A DNA stretch of 64,000 bases, taken from a virus. This document shows, one piece after another, positions 1 through 9,650 of this stretch. The notes beneath the pieces are model-generated. The model was not told where the DNA came from. It was given only the letters and a program-made list of their open reading frames with translations, and did not search any database. The translations under genes and the position numbers were made by a program. Every line of letters begins with the position of its first letter. The first letter of the stretch is position 1. Where the stretch lies: positions 40,261-104,260 of IMG/VR virus record IMGVR_UViG_3300013099_000018; one strand, 5' to 3'.

Positions 1-104
1 TTGAATTCAACATTATTTATAGTAAATTTTGTATAGAGATTAGGTTTAATTACCTTTTAAGTAGTATCGCAAGTCTTATATATGCAATTCTCAGAGTTTT
101 ATAT

Positions 105-317
105 ATGGGTGGTGAAAGTAAGACAGTTGGGGAGAAATTGATTGAGGAAATGGAGAGAATTTCTAGGGCTTTAGAAGGGATACCAACACAAGGTTTCATT
201 AGACAAATGCTTATTCTGTATATCCAAGAAAAAACCAAACTGGGAAAGCAGAAGATAGAAGCAGTATTGGATGCAATCGCACAATTCAGAAAAGAAATGG
301 AAAAAGAACTAAAGTAA
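105..317 (+). CDS. hypothetical protein (mirror of 23424-23636)
   Basis: 70-aa K/E-rich ORF. Confidence 0.65.
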   Translation: MGGESKTVGEKLIEEMERISRALEGIPTQGFIRQMLILYIQEKTKLGKQKIEAVLDAIAQFRKEMEKELK

Positions 318-348
318 TTTTAGATGAAATCATTGGAGTGGTGATACG

Positions 349-768
349 ATGAAACAAGCACGTCTGGTCGATTTCAACACAGATATAGCAATGTACAAAG
401 CAAGTATACCGAATCTTCCAGCAGAGATAAAAGATAGACTAATTGCATCACTTACAGAGTGGCTTAACAAAAACTCTAATTTAATTGATGACAGATGGAA
501 GAAACGCATCTTAAAGGAAATTCGCAAATTTAGAAAAATGAGAGCGACAATCCCTGTTGTGGCGGGATTTGCAATGTGGACACTTTGTATTGTAAACCAA
601 CTTGGTGTTACTTCTGGCATTGGCATAGATGGTTACACGATTTTAGATAGTACATGGGAAAGAGGGTTCGATAAAAGCACTACTGAAAAGTTGTTGCTAT
701 GGGTATCCGAAGCTGTTAAGTTAACACATATTCCAAAAGAAATTGCAGAGCAATTAGGATGGGATTAG
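349..768 (+). CDS. hypothetical protein (mirror of 22973-23392)
   Basis: 139-aa ORF, GGTGAT RBS. Confidence 0.75.
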   Translation: MKQARLVDFNTDIAMYKASIPNLPAEIKDRLIASLTEWLNKNSNLIDDRWKKRILKEIRKFRKMRATIPVVAGFAMWTLCIVNQLGVTSGIGIDGYTILDSTWERGFDKSTTEKLLLWVSEAVKLTHIPKEIAEQLGWD

Positions 769-983
769 CAATGTTCGAAAGAAGAGAGTTAATTAAAATA
801 AATACAATATTACTTTATTTATGTCAAATATTTGGCATTAACCACAGATGTACTAATTGCGAAAAGTTGAGACCATTCTTTGTTTATTGTAGTGAAGCAT
901 GCATAAAAAAAAGCATGGTCGATGTATCTAAAAAAATATGTAGTATGTTTGAGGTTAAAATTACAAAGATAGAAACGAATTAA
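759..983 (+). CDS. small Cys-rich hypothetical protein (mirror)
   Basis: CxxC and CxxxC motifs, operon-like packing. Confidence 0.5.
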   Translation: MGLAMFERRELIKINTILLYLCQIFGINHRCTNCEKLRPFFVYCSEACIKKSMVDVSKKICSMFEVKITKIETN

Positions 984-996
984 GGGTGGTTCTCTG

Positions 997-1206
997 ATGA
1001 TGGTTGACTATACCAAATTAGATGAAGAACGTAAGATTTGCTGTAATTGCAAGCATTTCTATAAATTTAGTTGCTTGAAAGGACTTAAAACAGCATGTGA
1101 TAGTGTTATAGATTGTCAAGATTGTCTTGAACAGTTCTGGTGCTTGTTAAAACCATACTGTGTTCATTTTGAGCCTAAAATTAAATTATTAGGGGGTGGA
1201 AAATGA
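997..1206 (+). CDS. small Cys-rich protein (mirror)
   Basis: CCxCxH and CxxC motifs, GGGTGG RBS. Confidence 0.65.
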   Translation: MMVDYTKLDEERKICCNCKHFYKFSCLKGLKTACDSVIDCQDCLEQFWCLLKPYCVHFEPKIKLLGGGK

Positions 1207-1502
1207 AAGAACTGTTTGAGTTTCTAACAAAGTTAAAGGAGTTGATTAGCATAGCTGTTGATAAAGAGATTGAAGAAGGTGGATGGTACGAATACTCAAT
1301 TTGTTTAGATTGCATGAAATTGGTCAAATATGCTGTTGGATTCAATGCACCAGAGCATGACGATAGGTTAATGGAAAAAATAAAGAGCAAAGTAGAAAAA
1401 GATATAGCTAAGCATAAAGGACACACTTTGATAGTTCTTAGAGAGGAAGCATTCACTGAATGCAATAAACTTTGTGAATACTTGTTAAAAAAGTTTGGAT
1501 AA
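1203..1502 (+). CDS. hypothetical protein, CxxC (mirror)
   Basis: ATGA overlap with upstream gene, RBS. Confidence 0.7.
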   Translation: MKELFEFLTKLKELISIAVDKEIEEGGWYEYSICLDCMKLVKYAVGFNAPEHDDRLMEKIKSKVEKDIAKHKGHTLIVLREEAFTECNKLCEYLLKKFG

Positions 1503-1505
1503 TTA

Positions 1506-1715
1506 TTGTTGAAGAGGGTGATTCTGATGGTTAAACTATATGCAGTAATCATGGAGGATTTGTTCGGACTCATGAAAATTCATTATACTACTCTAAGTAA
1601 AGATGAAGCAATAAAACGTTGTAAACAATACTTAAAAGAGGAGCAGAAGAAACCTCCACTTGAGCGTAGAAGGTTTTTTGTACTAGAGCTTGAGAAGGTT
1701 GATTCTGATGACTAA
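1506..1715 (+). CDS. hypothetical protein (mirror)
   Basis: ORF; GGGTGAT RBS precedes internal ATG 1527. Confidence 0.6.
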   Translation: MLKRVILMVKLYAVIMEDLFGLMKIHYTTLSKDEAIKRCKQYLKEEQKKPPLERRRFFVLELEKVDSDD

Positions 1716-1789
1716 TCGAACATTTATATGTTTATGCGGTTGCGAGTTCGAGATAATAAATACTCTGTTAAATGTGTAGGTGAGACCAA

Positions 1790-2125
1790 ATGAAGGTTGT
1801 TAGCGTTGAAGAATTTTTAGAAATGTGGAATAGCACATCATCAATACTCTTATGTCCTAAACTGAAGGGACAATGGGGGCAATGGTTATATCCTATTCCA
1901 GAAGACCCTTGCTGGGACGGTGATTGCGGGTGGATTCATTGCCACAACTATAAAAGAGGTTTCGAAGAACATGATAAATTAATAGTTCCTGAAAAACCGT
2001 TACCTGATTTGCTAAAAGAACATTTAGAGCGGTGGAAAAAAGAATGTAAAATAGAATACAGACACATTAAGCGTATTGCAAGAGCTAGAGGGATTAAAAC
2101 GATTTTTGATAAATTTAAACTATAG
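1790..2125 (+). CDS. hypothetical protein (mirror)
   Basis: 111 aa, AGGTGA RBS. Confidence 0.7.
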   Translation: MKVVSVEEFLEMWNSTSSILLCPKLKGQWGQWLYPIPEDPCWDGDCGWIHCHNYKRGFEEHDKLIVPEKPLPDLLKEHLERWKKECKIEYRHIKRIARARGIKTIFDKFKL

Positions 2126-2495
2126 TATTTTCCACTTTTTTAATCACGTTTATAGCACTTACTAAAGTTATAACTTTCACTCTGTTTTTATTTGCAATTT
2201 CTTTTAGACCGACATTGACATTGTAAGCTTTTGAAGTTATGTAGTCTTGCACAGCAAAATGCAACCTAATGAACCCATGCGTAATTGGCATTTTAAACCT
2301 TCTACGCTTGACCTTTATTTTACGTGGTTTAGCTAATTTAGACTTAGACTCGTAATATCTTTTCCAGTCTTCCCTCTCTTTTGAAATTAAAATAAAATCA
2401 GTAATGTGTGTTTGTATAAACTTATCTTTCTTTTCTTTGAAATCTATATGGTTAATCCCATGAATCTCTGCCAACTTGTGTATGAAATCTACCAT
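2115..2495 (-). CDS. basic hypothetical protein (mirror)
   Basis: 126 aa, operon with neighbours. Confidence 0.65.
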   Translation of the reverse strand: MVDFIHKLAEIHGINHIDFKEKKDKFIQTHITDFILISKEREDWKRYYESKSKLAKPRKIKVKRRRFKMPITHGFIRLHFAVQDYITSKAYNVNVGLKEIANKNRVKVITLVSAINVIKKVENTIV

Positions 2496-2497
2496 AC

Positions 2498-2890
2498 CTA
2501 CTCTCTATTCTTTATTTTTTTCAAAAGCTCAACCTCATACAAGTATAGTTTAGCATCTTTCGTATTATTAGTTACTTTGTATAACGCTACAATCCATTCT
2601 TCCAAGCTGTTGAAACCGCTAAACTCTACAAAGTTGCTCAGTGAGATGTACTTGTCTTGAACTTTTACTGCCATTCTGCTCAAATAAACTCTACCAACTT
2701 TTGTTACGCTTGCTATCGCTACAACCTTGTTAGTTCTTCCATCAATTACTCTTTTTATCCCTTCTCTTACTGCAAATGGTCTTATTGTATAAACTCTGCC
2801 TTTGTTGAGTAAGCAATCCAACGGTTCTTTGAGTTTAAACGTAATCCTCAAAAAAGGATAAACCAGAACCATGATATCACCTTTGTACAT
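2498..2890 (-). CDS. ASCH/PUA-like domain protein (mirror)
   Basis: GRVYTIR and GFNSLEEW motifs resemble the ASCH family. Confidence 0.55.
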   Translation of the reverse strand: MYKGDIMVLVYPFLRITFKLKEPLDCLLNKGRVYTIRPFAVREGIKRVIDGRTNKVVAIASVTKVGRVYLSRMAVKVQDKYISLSNFVEFSGFNSLEEWIVALYKVTNNTKDAKLYLYEVELLKKIKNRE

Positions 2891-2897
2891 CTATTGT

Positions 2898-3116
2898 TTA
2901 TCTTTCAAAATCATATGCTGATATGTAGATTTCCATACCGCATTTTTCACACTTACATGTTATACCAGTAAATACTAGTTTTCTTGCACCTAATGCCCCA
3001 AAAGCTATGTCATAGTTGACATCACTTAAAATTAGCCTCCCACCGCAACCTTCATGTATAAATACTCTTTCAACTTTACCTTTTTCCCTTTTTACAATTT
3101 GCCTAAATCCTTTCAT
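2898..3116 (-). CDS. small Zn-ribbon protein (mirror)
   Basis: HxxCGG...CEKCG; GAGGTGA RBS. Confidence 0.65.
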   Translation of the reverse strand: MKGFRQIVKREKGKVERVFIHEGCGGRLILSDVNYDIAFGALGARKLVFTGITCKCEKCGMEIYISAYDFER

Positions 3117-3128
3117 ACAATCACCTCT

Positions 3129-3470
3129 TTATCTATAAGAATTACAAACGTAGTTTAGCATTATCAAAAACTTAACAAAGTTCTTACGAATCCATTGTTT
3201 CAGAGATATATCGCATTTTGTTGAAATTTCACCCAAGCTTTTAATGTCTTTTGGAGAAAATATGAACCAAGTCTTATCACCGTTCTTAAGCATTACAAGG
3301 CTTAATCCAAACCTTTCAGCTAATTCGCTTGCCTTTCTTGAATCTATGTATTCTTCTGCAACTTTAACGCTTGCTAAGTCTATTGTAGCTTCGTAGTTTC
3401 TCATCTTTAACACGAAAGGCTTTTCGAACTCTCCTAAAAAAGCCTTTTTTGCATTTTCCACCTTCCACAT
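3129..3470 (-). CDS. hypothetical protein (mirror)
   Basis: 113 aa, TTTATATA about 25 nt upstream (leaderless). Confidence 0.7.
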   Translation of the reverse strand: MWKVENAKKAFLGEFEKPFVLKMRNYEATIDLASVKVAEEYIDSRKASELAERFGLSLVMLKNGDKTWFIFSPKDIKSLGEISTKCDISLKQWIRKNFVKFLIMLNYVCNSYR

Positions 3471-3595
3471 GTTCTTATTTCTGTAAGAACTGTTATATAA
3501 ACTTAACTAAATCTAAGAGGTTATAAATATACAACTTATCTACTTACTATAATATAACCATAAGTCTTATATAGATAAAACACATAACATTACAT

Positions 3596-4444
3596 ATGGT
3601 TGAGTATTTGAGGGGGTTAGAGCCAAGAAGAGGTTGTGGATATAGACATGTAGGGAAACTATACATTAGAGGAGAAGGGATACCAGTACCATGCCACAGA
3701 TTACCATTTCCACTGACAGCATGTCCAGTATGCGGTGAAGGAATCAAGTTTACAAGAGGGTGGGTCAGACTAAACCCAAGAAGACTATTGAGAGAGTGTG
3801 GAGATGAGGTCATAGCATGTCCACAATGTGGAGAACAGATGGAGAAAGCAAATGAATTTGCAGAAAGAAAATTCGTAAATATATGGTTGTGTAAAGATTG
3901 CAGAATTGCTATAAAAAGACACCCAGAGCCATGTTCATGTGATATTCATTGTCCAGTATGCCATCCACCAGAGAAGGCATTTATGCTATGGGTTGGAGAG
4001 AAATTCTATCCAACACCGCATGATTTTGCCATAGAGGCAGAAAAACTTGGAGTGAGTAAAGCAGTACCATCAATACCAAGAGATTTTGAGTTAGGTAAAA
4101 CATTAGTCTATCTTGCTCACAGGAAAGCAGTAGACCTATACATTGAAAACAAAAACACCTTGGTAGGTTATGAAATGAAAAAGCATTCAGGAATCTTTAT
4201 GGCATTTAGACCAACTCATTTCGAAATACTAATCAAAGAGAGTGATTACAAAGCTAAAAAGGAAGAATACGATAAGCTTGAAGAAAGAGGTATCAAGGTA
4301 ATAGTAGTTCCAGACAACTACGATGAAATGGTAGCAAAGGCAGAGGAAGAATATAAATCAAGAAAATCTAAGAGACATAAAAACAAAGCTAAGTTTAAGT
4401 CAAACAGTAATACCCTTGCAAAGCTCATATCAGAAAATGATTAA
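3596..4444 (+). CDS. Cys-rich multi-Zn-finger hypothetical protein (mirror)
   Basis: 282 aa, RGCGYR, several CxxC. Confidence 0.8.
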   Translation: MVEYLRGLEPRRGCGYRHVGKLYIRGEGIPVPCHRLPFPLTACPVCGEGIKFTRGWVRLNPRRLLRECGDEVIACPQCGEQMEKANEFAERKFVNIWLCKDCRIAIKRHPEPCSCDIHCPVCHPPEKAFMLWVGEKFYPTPHDFAIEAEKLGVSKAVPSIPRDFELGKTLVYLAHRKAVDLYIENKNTLVGYEMKKHSGIFMAFRPTHFEILIKESDYKAKKEEYDKLEERGIKVIVVPDNYDEMVAKAEEEYKSRKSKRHKNKAKFKSNSNTLAKLISEND

Positions 4445-4661
4445 ATTTTTTAACATTTCTTATAAATTTTTTATGGATATGATGACCTCTAAAGAGAATG
4501 TTTACGTCTGTATAATTGTAGACGACACTTCAAAGGTTACAAGGGTTAGAGCAGATAACATAATGCAAGCTCTAAACCTCGTAAGAAGAGTGTATAACAA
4601 TTGCAGAGGTAAAAATGTTATAGTTGTTAAAGAGGAATTCATAGAAATCCTAACTCTTTAA
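4416..4661 (+). CDS. hypothetical protein (mirror)
   Basis: ORF; true start probably a downstream ATG. Confidence 0.5.
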   Translation: MQSSYQKMIKFFNISYKFFMDMMTSKENVYVCIIVDDTSKVTRVRADNIMQALNLVRRVYNNCRGKNVIVVKEEFIEILTL

Positions 4662-4721
4662 TTTGCACTAAGCACGAAAGTTATATATTCCTTCTATTTT
4701 TAATAAGATAGTGGTGATAGC

Positions 4722-4955
4722 ATGAAAGAGGATTTAGGTATTAAGTTGGGTAAAAGCAAGGTGAACAAAAAGGGACAGTATTCTTTATCTGTAACAATAC
4801 CTAAGAATGTACTTGACAATTTCAAGATAGAGCTTGGGGATACCTTGGAGTTCTACAGAGTATTACCAGAAGCACTTGAAAGAGACTCTAAAGAACTATA
4901 CGAATTGCTCAAGGATTGCATTGTCATAAGAATTAAGAAGGAAGATGGAGAATGA
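4722..4955 (+). CDS. AbrB/SpoVT-family DNA-binding protein (mirror)
   Basis: KGQYSLSVTIPK...IELGDTLEF swapped-hairpin signature. Confidence 0.8.
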   Translation: MKEDLGIKLGKSKVNKKGQYSLSVTIPKNVLDNFKIELGDTLEFYRVLPEALERDSKELYELLKDCIVIRIKKEDGE

Positions 4956-5320
4956 AGGTCAAATTAAGAAGAAATAAAATTCTGAAACAGAATGTAGAAG
5001 TCTTCATTGGTAAAAAGTTAGTTGGAACTATCAAAAAATCTCAGAATGGCTTAGTCTATGTAACGAGAAGGAGACACTATGACCATTTCTTCAGAAAGTT
5101 CAAAGGTTTCGGAATCTCGAAACGGATTATCAACATTCTTAGGGATATAGGAGTAAAGTCAATCATAATCGTGTATGATACTGGAGAAGGTGAACAACTA
5201 TACATCTCAGCATTGTATAAATGGCTTAAGGATGCTTATGAATACGAGTATATACTTGAAGATGGAACAAAAGACCCTCAGTTAGTTCTGTCAATAGAAC
5301 ACATGACTAAGTTAGATTGA
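4952..5320 (+). CDS. hypothetical protein (mirror)
   Basis: 122 aa, ATGA overlap. Confidence 0.7.
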   Translation: MKVKLRRNKILKQNVEVFIGKKLVGTIKKSQNGLVYVTRRRHYDHFFRKFKGFGISKRIINILRDIGVKSIIIVYDTGEGEQLYISALYKWLKDAYEYEYILEDGTKDPQLVLSIEHMTKLD

Positions 5321-5569
5321 CTTAATATCATGAAAAAGTACAAATGCTTTATTTGTGGAAGAGAATGTCCAGAAGGTGTGTCTGGATGCTATCAACGCAT
5401 CCTTCATCCTTGGGTCTCATCGGATTCGGGATTACATCTCCTTGACCCCGTTCACCGTGCACCCTCACACGGCACATCTCAAACGACATCTAAGACACAG
5501 ACTTATAAAGTTTTCTCAATTACACTTGATAAAGTTTATTAAAAATGCAAACTATACCTATTCTTTAAT

Positions 5570-5827
5570 ATGGTAGTGTACATAATAGATGAATGGGATA
5601 CTTTCTTAGAAGCAGTAGCAACATCAAGGTACAAACTCTACAGAGTTAAGAAATTCGACAACAAAGCAATAGTTCAAGCAAAAGCTGGAAGATTAGGCTT
5701 TGAGAAAACATTTGACCTTACAAACCCTCGGGAAAAAGAGGAGTTCGAAAGAATAATGAACGACATCAAAATATGGGATTTCGTAGAAGTAAAAAAAGTA
5801 GTAAACGATGACGAATTCTTTTATTGA
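5570..5827 (+). CDS. hypothetical protein (mirror)
   Basis: 85 aa, TATA-like box upstream. Confidence 0.7.
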   Translation: MVVYIIDEWDTFLEAVATSRYKLYRVKKFDNKAIVQAKAGRLGFEKTFDLTNPREKEEFERIMNDIKIWDFVEVKKVVNDDEFFY

Positions 5828-5837
5828 ATATTACGTT

Positions 5838-6125
5838 TTAGCTTTTTTTGCTTTTGTTTAAATAATGTACCAATACTTTCATCACTACTACCCCCTTAAT
5901 CAACTTATCCAAATCAATCTCACTTTCATCGAATCCCAACCACCTCAGTAACTTAACGGAAGCTTCAACAAACTTTCCAGTCTTAACTATTTGCTTAAAC
6001 TCCTCTGAATATTGCCTAAACAACTCATCATATTGTTCTTTTGAGATACTGAGTATCTCATAAATCACCTTAGATTTTTTAGCTCTATCCAGTATTTCAT
6101 CAATAATATTCAAACTATACCACAA
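5838..6125 (-). CDS. hypothetical protein (mirror)
   Basis: 95-aa ORF. Confidence 0.6.
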   Translation of the reverse strand: MWYSLNIIDEILDRAKKSKVIYEILSISKEQYDELFRQYSEEFKQIVKTGKFVEASVKLLRWLGFDESEIDLDKLIKGVVVMKVLVHYLNKSKKS

Positions 6126-6333
6126 TATCTATATTAGCTTTACCTCAAATCTCGACAATTAAACGAACCCTATAATTAAACTATTCATCGAATGCAACAA
6201 CATTTCGAATTATCCGAATCAGAGATAAAAAAGAAATCCCAAACCACAATTTTAATTGAGTAACACCATGAAAATTATTTCCCCTAGGATTATTTTATAA
6301 CGGTAGCACTTAATAATACTAAATATAAAAAAA

Positions 6334-7365
6334 TTATGCAATGGGATACCTATACTTGGCATGAGTCTCTGGATGTACCACGTCATAGCAATCCCAGTAG
6401 ACATAGTATACCCAAGGGCTAACGATGCGATTCTCGACATCGAGGTACGTTAGTAATTCATCCAACCTTATTAGAGTTAGAGGATTAATCCAATCGTTAG
6501 GATTGACGAGCATGATTCTTGAATTGTTTATCAAGTCTCTTATTCTTAACATTAATGAGTAATTACGCCTATATCTATTGAACCACTCTGGATTGACGTA
6601 CTTAGCAATGTTGTAAACTGATTCAATTATGCAATATATAGCACTCTTGTAACCAACGCAATCGAACATTCTTATCTCGATGGTATCAACGCTCTTAATT
6701 CTATGCCTTCCCTCTTTACGGTTAGTGTTTATGATTATATCATGATACCTATGACTTAAGTTAGCCTCTTCATCATATATCCAGTAATCTTCGTATTCAT
6801 AGTTGTCATAATGCAACGGTAGAGTTCCGATGTGAGGACTTTCAAGTTGTCTAAGACTTAACACTTCACCGTATCTTTCGCTCTTAAATGGAGCGGACAA
6901 TGTAATTCTTGTAATATCGAGAACAAATGGGTACATTGCTAAAGCATGCTCGACCATTCTGCCAAAGCTCATTTCGGGCTTGTAGCTAACGTGAACATGG
7001 AAACCGCAGAACATTCCTCCTTTGATATACGAAACTGGAGCTATGATACATTCTTTTTCTCTTGCAACTCTCGAAACCTCTTTCATTAGCTCGATTAGCT
7101 CATCAGCAACTTCTTTCCAGTCCTCAGAAGGATTAGTTCTAATCTCAAGCTGGTACTCATAGTAGTCTTTGTAAACCCTTTCATCGAACTCTGAGTAAAT
7201 GTCCTCGATTACGTCTTTCTCATTTAGTAGTTCATATCTATCTTCATAGATGTCGATGAGATAGATTTCCATCTCAGCACCAATTACAACCTCTTTTTCA
7301 AACTTAGCCTCTAAAGCTTCTTCCAACCTCGAAAGGAGCATACCCATCACCTCACTTAAATCCAA
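6334..7365 (-). CDS. glutamate-cysteine ligase (GCS2)-like COOH-NH2 ligase (mirror)
   Basis: GAEME, QLEIRT, CGFHVHVS, TIEIR motifs. Confidence 0.8.
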   Translation of the reverse strand: MDLSEVMGMLLSRLEEALEAKFEKEVVIGAEMEIYLIDIYEDRYELLNEKDVIEDIYSEFDERVYKDYYEYQLEIRTNPSEDWKEVADELIELMKEVSRVAREKECIIAPVSYIKGGMFCGFHVHVSYKPEMSFGRMVEHALAMYPFVLDITRITLSAPFKSERYGEVLSLRQLESPHIGTLPLHYDNYEYEDYWIYDEEANLSHRYHDIIINTNRKEGRHRIKSVDTIEIRMFDCVGYKSAIYCIIESVYNIAKYVNPEWFNRYRRNYSLMLRIRDLINNSRIMLVNPNDWINPLTLIRLDELLTYLDVENRIVSPWVYYVYWDCYDVVHPETHAKYRYPIA

Positions 7366-7368
7366 AAA

Positions 7369-8220
7369 TTAGAGGTAAAATCTCCAATCTCTCCAGATAT
7401 CCCATTCTTCCTCAACATGGCAATCGCAGTTTAGTGATTTCCCTTTAACCTTGAACTCGATGAAGTCATTGTATTCTTCTCCGTCTCTTGAATAAACGAG
7501 GAGTTCACAGTCTCTTAAAGCTTTGATTTTCTTGACCCTGATTTCTTCGAGCATCCATCTTTCTGATGCAAACCATAGCTTGCTGTTTTTGAAACCATAG
7601 AACAATGGTCTTTCAAATCTGAATAAAGCAAGTAGGTCATCTTTCTTTGAATATATCCAGAGTGCCATGTCCCCGAAATATATCAAGTAGCTTAAGGCTC
7701 TTTCGAGAGCCTCGATGAAATCATTGTATTTGTTATACTCTTCTTGAATTGCTACTCCTATTTCGAATGAGTCTGTTTCAGGCAAATCCGTTTCAACTTT
7801 ACCAAGTATTTCATAGGTATCGATGTATTCGTAATCGTAATCGAATTTAGAATTTCCACTCCTTATGTCCTTGAACAATGTATATTCGTAAAGCATGCCA
7901 TTGTGAGCAAATACTATATCCTTAAGCTCGAAAGGATGGTTGTTTTTGTTTTTCAATGGGTCTCCAATGGTTGGCTCTCTGGTGTGCATTAGGAACATGT
8001 TTCTACCTACAACAAGCTCACTGAATGGTCTTATCCTATCAATCATCTCGATGACATCTGAAGCACTGGAAGGGAACTTTATCACGTTTTCACCATTGTA
8101 AAAGCCAAAGGCTTTATCGCCTCTCGATTGCAGATAGATTGCTAGCTCGATGAGTCTCTTGGCATCTCTCTTGTCCAGTCTTACATCACCTAATCCCCAA
8201 ACTCCACCTATACCGCACAT
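7369..8220 (-). CDS. class II (Ntn) glutamine amidotransferase (mirror)
   Basis: MCGIGG N-terminus, RG, HTR, NHPF, HNG, TDS. Confidence 0.9.
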   Translation of the reverse strand: MCGIGGVWGLGDVRLDKRDAKRLIELAIYLQSRGDKAFGFYNGENVIKFPSSASDVIEMIDRIRPFSELVVGRNMFLMHTREPTIGDPLKNKNNHPFELKDIVFAHNGMLYEYTLFKDIRSGNSKFDYDYEYIDTYEILGKVETDLPETDSFEIGVAIQEEYNKYNDFIEALERALSYLIYFGDMALWIYSKKDDLLALFRFERPLFYGFKNSKLWFASERWMLEEIRVKKIKALRDCELLVYSRDGEEYNDFIEFKVKGKSLNCDCHVEEEWDIWRDWRFYL

Positions 8221-8349
8221 ACTACCACCTCTACAATAAAATAGTCGAACAAACGTTATATAAACCTTGCGGTATTAATGAGATAGGGATTTAGATATAA
8301 TGGCTTGAGATTCTTTAGAAACGAATAAGGTGGAAAAACAAAAAAGGAT

Positions 8350-8613
8350 TTAATAGTTTTTATATTCCTGAAGTAGCTGGACTATAGATTCTAATCTCGA
8401 CATTAATAGCCTTATATCTTCACCATATTTATCAAGTAACTCTGTGAATGTCTTTAGTACAGTTTCATCTTTGTATTTCATACTGTGTAAGATTACAGCT
8501 ATATGTCCAACTTCTGTTTTTATCTCTCTAAGGCTACTTAGGACTGCTTCCAGCTTACCATAAGTATACCATACTGTTTTTTCCAATTCAACCCTACCCT
8601 CCATCTCAACCAC
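8350..8613 (-). CDS. small helical hypothetical protein (mirror)
   Basis: own promoter and RBS. Confidence 0.75.
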   Translation of the reverse strand: MVEMEGRVELEKTVWYTYGKLEAVLSSLREIKTEVGHIAVILHSMKYKDETVLKTFTELLDKYGEDIRLLMSRLESIVQLLQEYKNY

Positions 8614-8742
8614 CTCTATACCTAACTATGCCATAATTGTTATATAAATCTTGTGGTATTACACTATAGAGGATTAGCAGATAGAACCAAGCTAAACAAT
8701 TTTAGAATTATTACAAAAAAGGAGAAATAATTAAAGAAATAA

Positions 8743-9117
8743 TTAGATTGAAAGTTTTATGATTGGCTCTAGAATGTTCCTGAGTTTTTCAATACCATAT
8801 GCTCCAGTTGCGAATATTGTTAAGTAGTATTCACCAAAACTGTAAGCACAAATGCATGAACCAGGAATTATGCTTGAAATTTTGGATTCATCTCCTTTTC
8901 TCACGACAATACTCGCCTGCACCTCGTAGATGTTCTCTCCGATTTCTGCGACCTTTATCGCACTGTGTGCAAGGATTTTTGGTTGTACTGGCTTGTGTAT
9001 ATAGACTGTTTGACCATCTACATGAACTTCTGCCCCGAATTTCTTTGCTAACTCTTCTACTATTTTTACCATTTCCAATTCAACCCTATCCACCTTAGCC
9101 TTTGCCATCTCAACCAC
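8743..9117 (-). CDS. hypothetical protein (mirror)
   Basis: own promoter and RBS. Confidence 0.75.
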   Translation of the reverse strand: MVEMAKAKVDRVELEMVKIVEELAKKFGAEVHVDGQTVYIHKPVQPKILAHSAIKVAEIGENIYEVQASIVVRKGDESKISSIIPGSCICAYSFGEYYLTIFATGAYGIEKLRNILEPIIKLSI

Positions 9118-9650
9118 CTCTATCTTATCCTATACCGCAATTGCTATATAAACTTTGCGGTATTAGCTCGACATAACAATTAAAACCTCTCGACATATTT
9201 ATAAAAATGGCTCGATGTAAAGGATATCAAGAATATTCCGACAGATGAATGAAAACGGCTCGACATGAGCCTCTTTCGCCCCCCATTCTGGGATTTTTAT
9301 AATTTGATTTTTATAATTTCGCCCCCATGTTAGTCTCCGCCCCCGCCTCCGCATTCTATTGCGGATTTTTATAATTTGGTTTTTATTGTTTTCACCCTTT
9401 GCTAATGTCCATGCCTACCGTGATTTCCTTTTTGGGGTTTTTATAATGCGATTTTTATAATGACTGCCGTGTCATAATGTCTGATTCCCACATGCTGACA
9501 TTTATCGAGCATTTTTATTGTTTTTGTTTTATTTCTGCGATTTTATTTTTCGCCCATGATTTTAAGTAGCAGTATAGGCATATGTCATCATCATGCTTTG
9601 GACTTCCCCCTATAAACCATTCACCGCAAATTCGACACTTTGGCATGTTT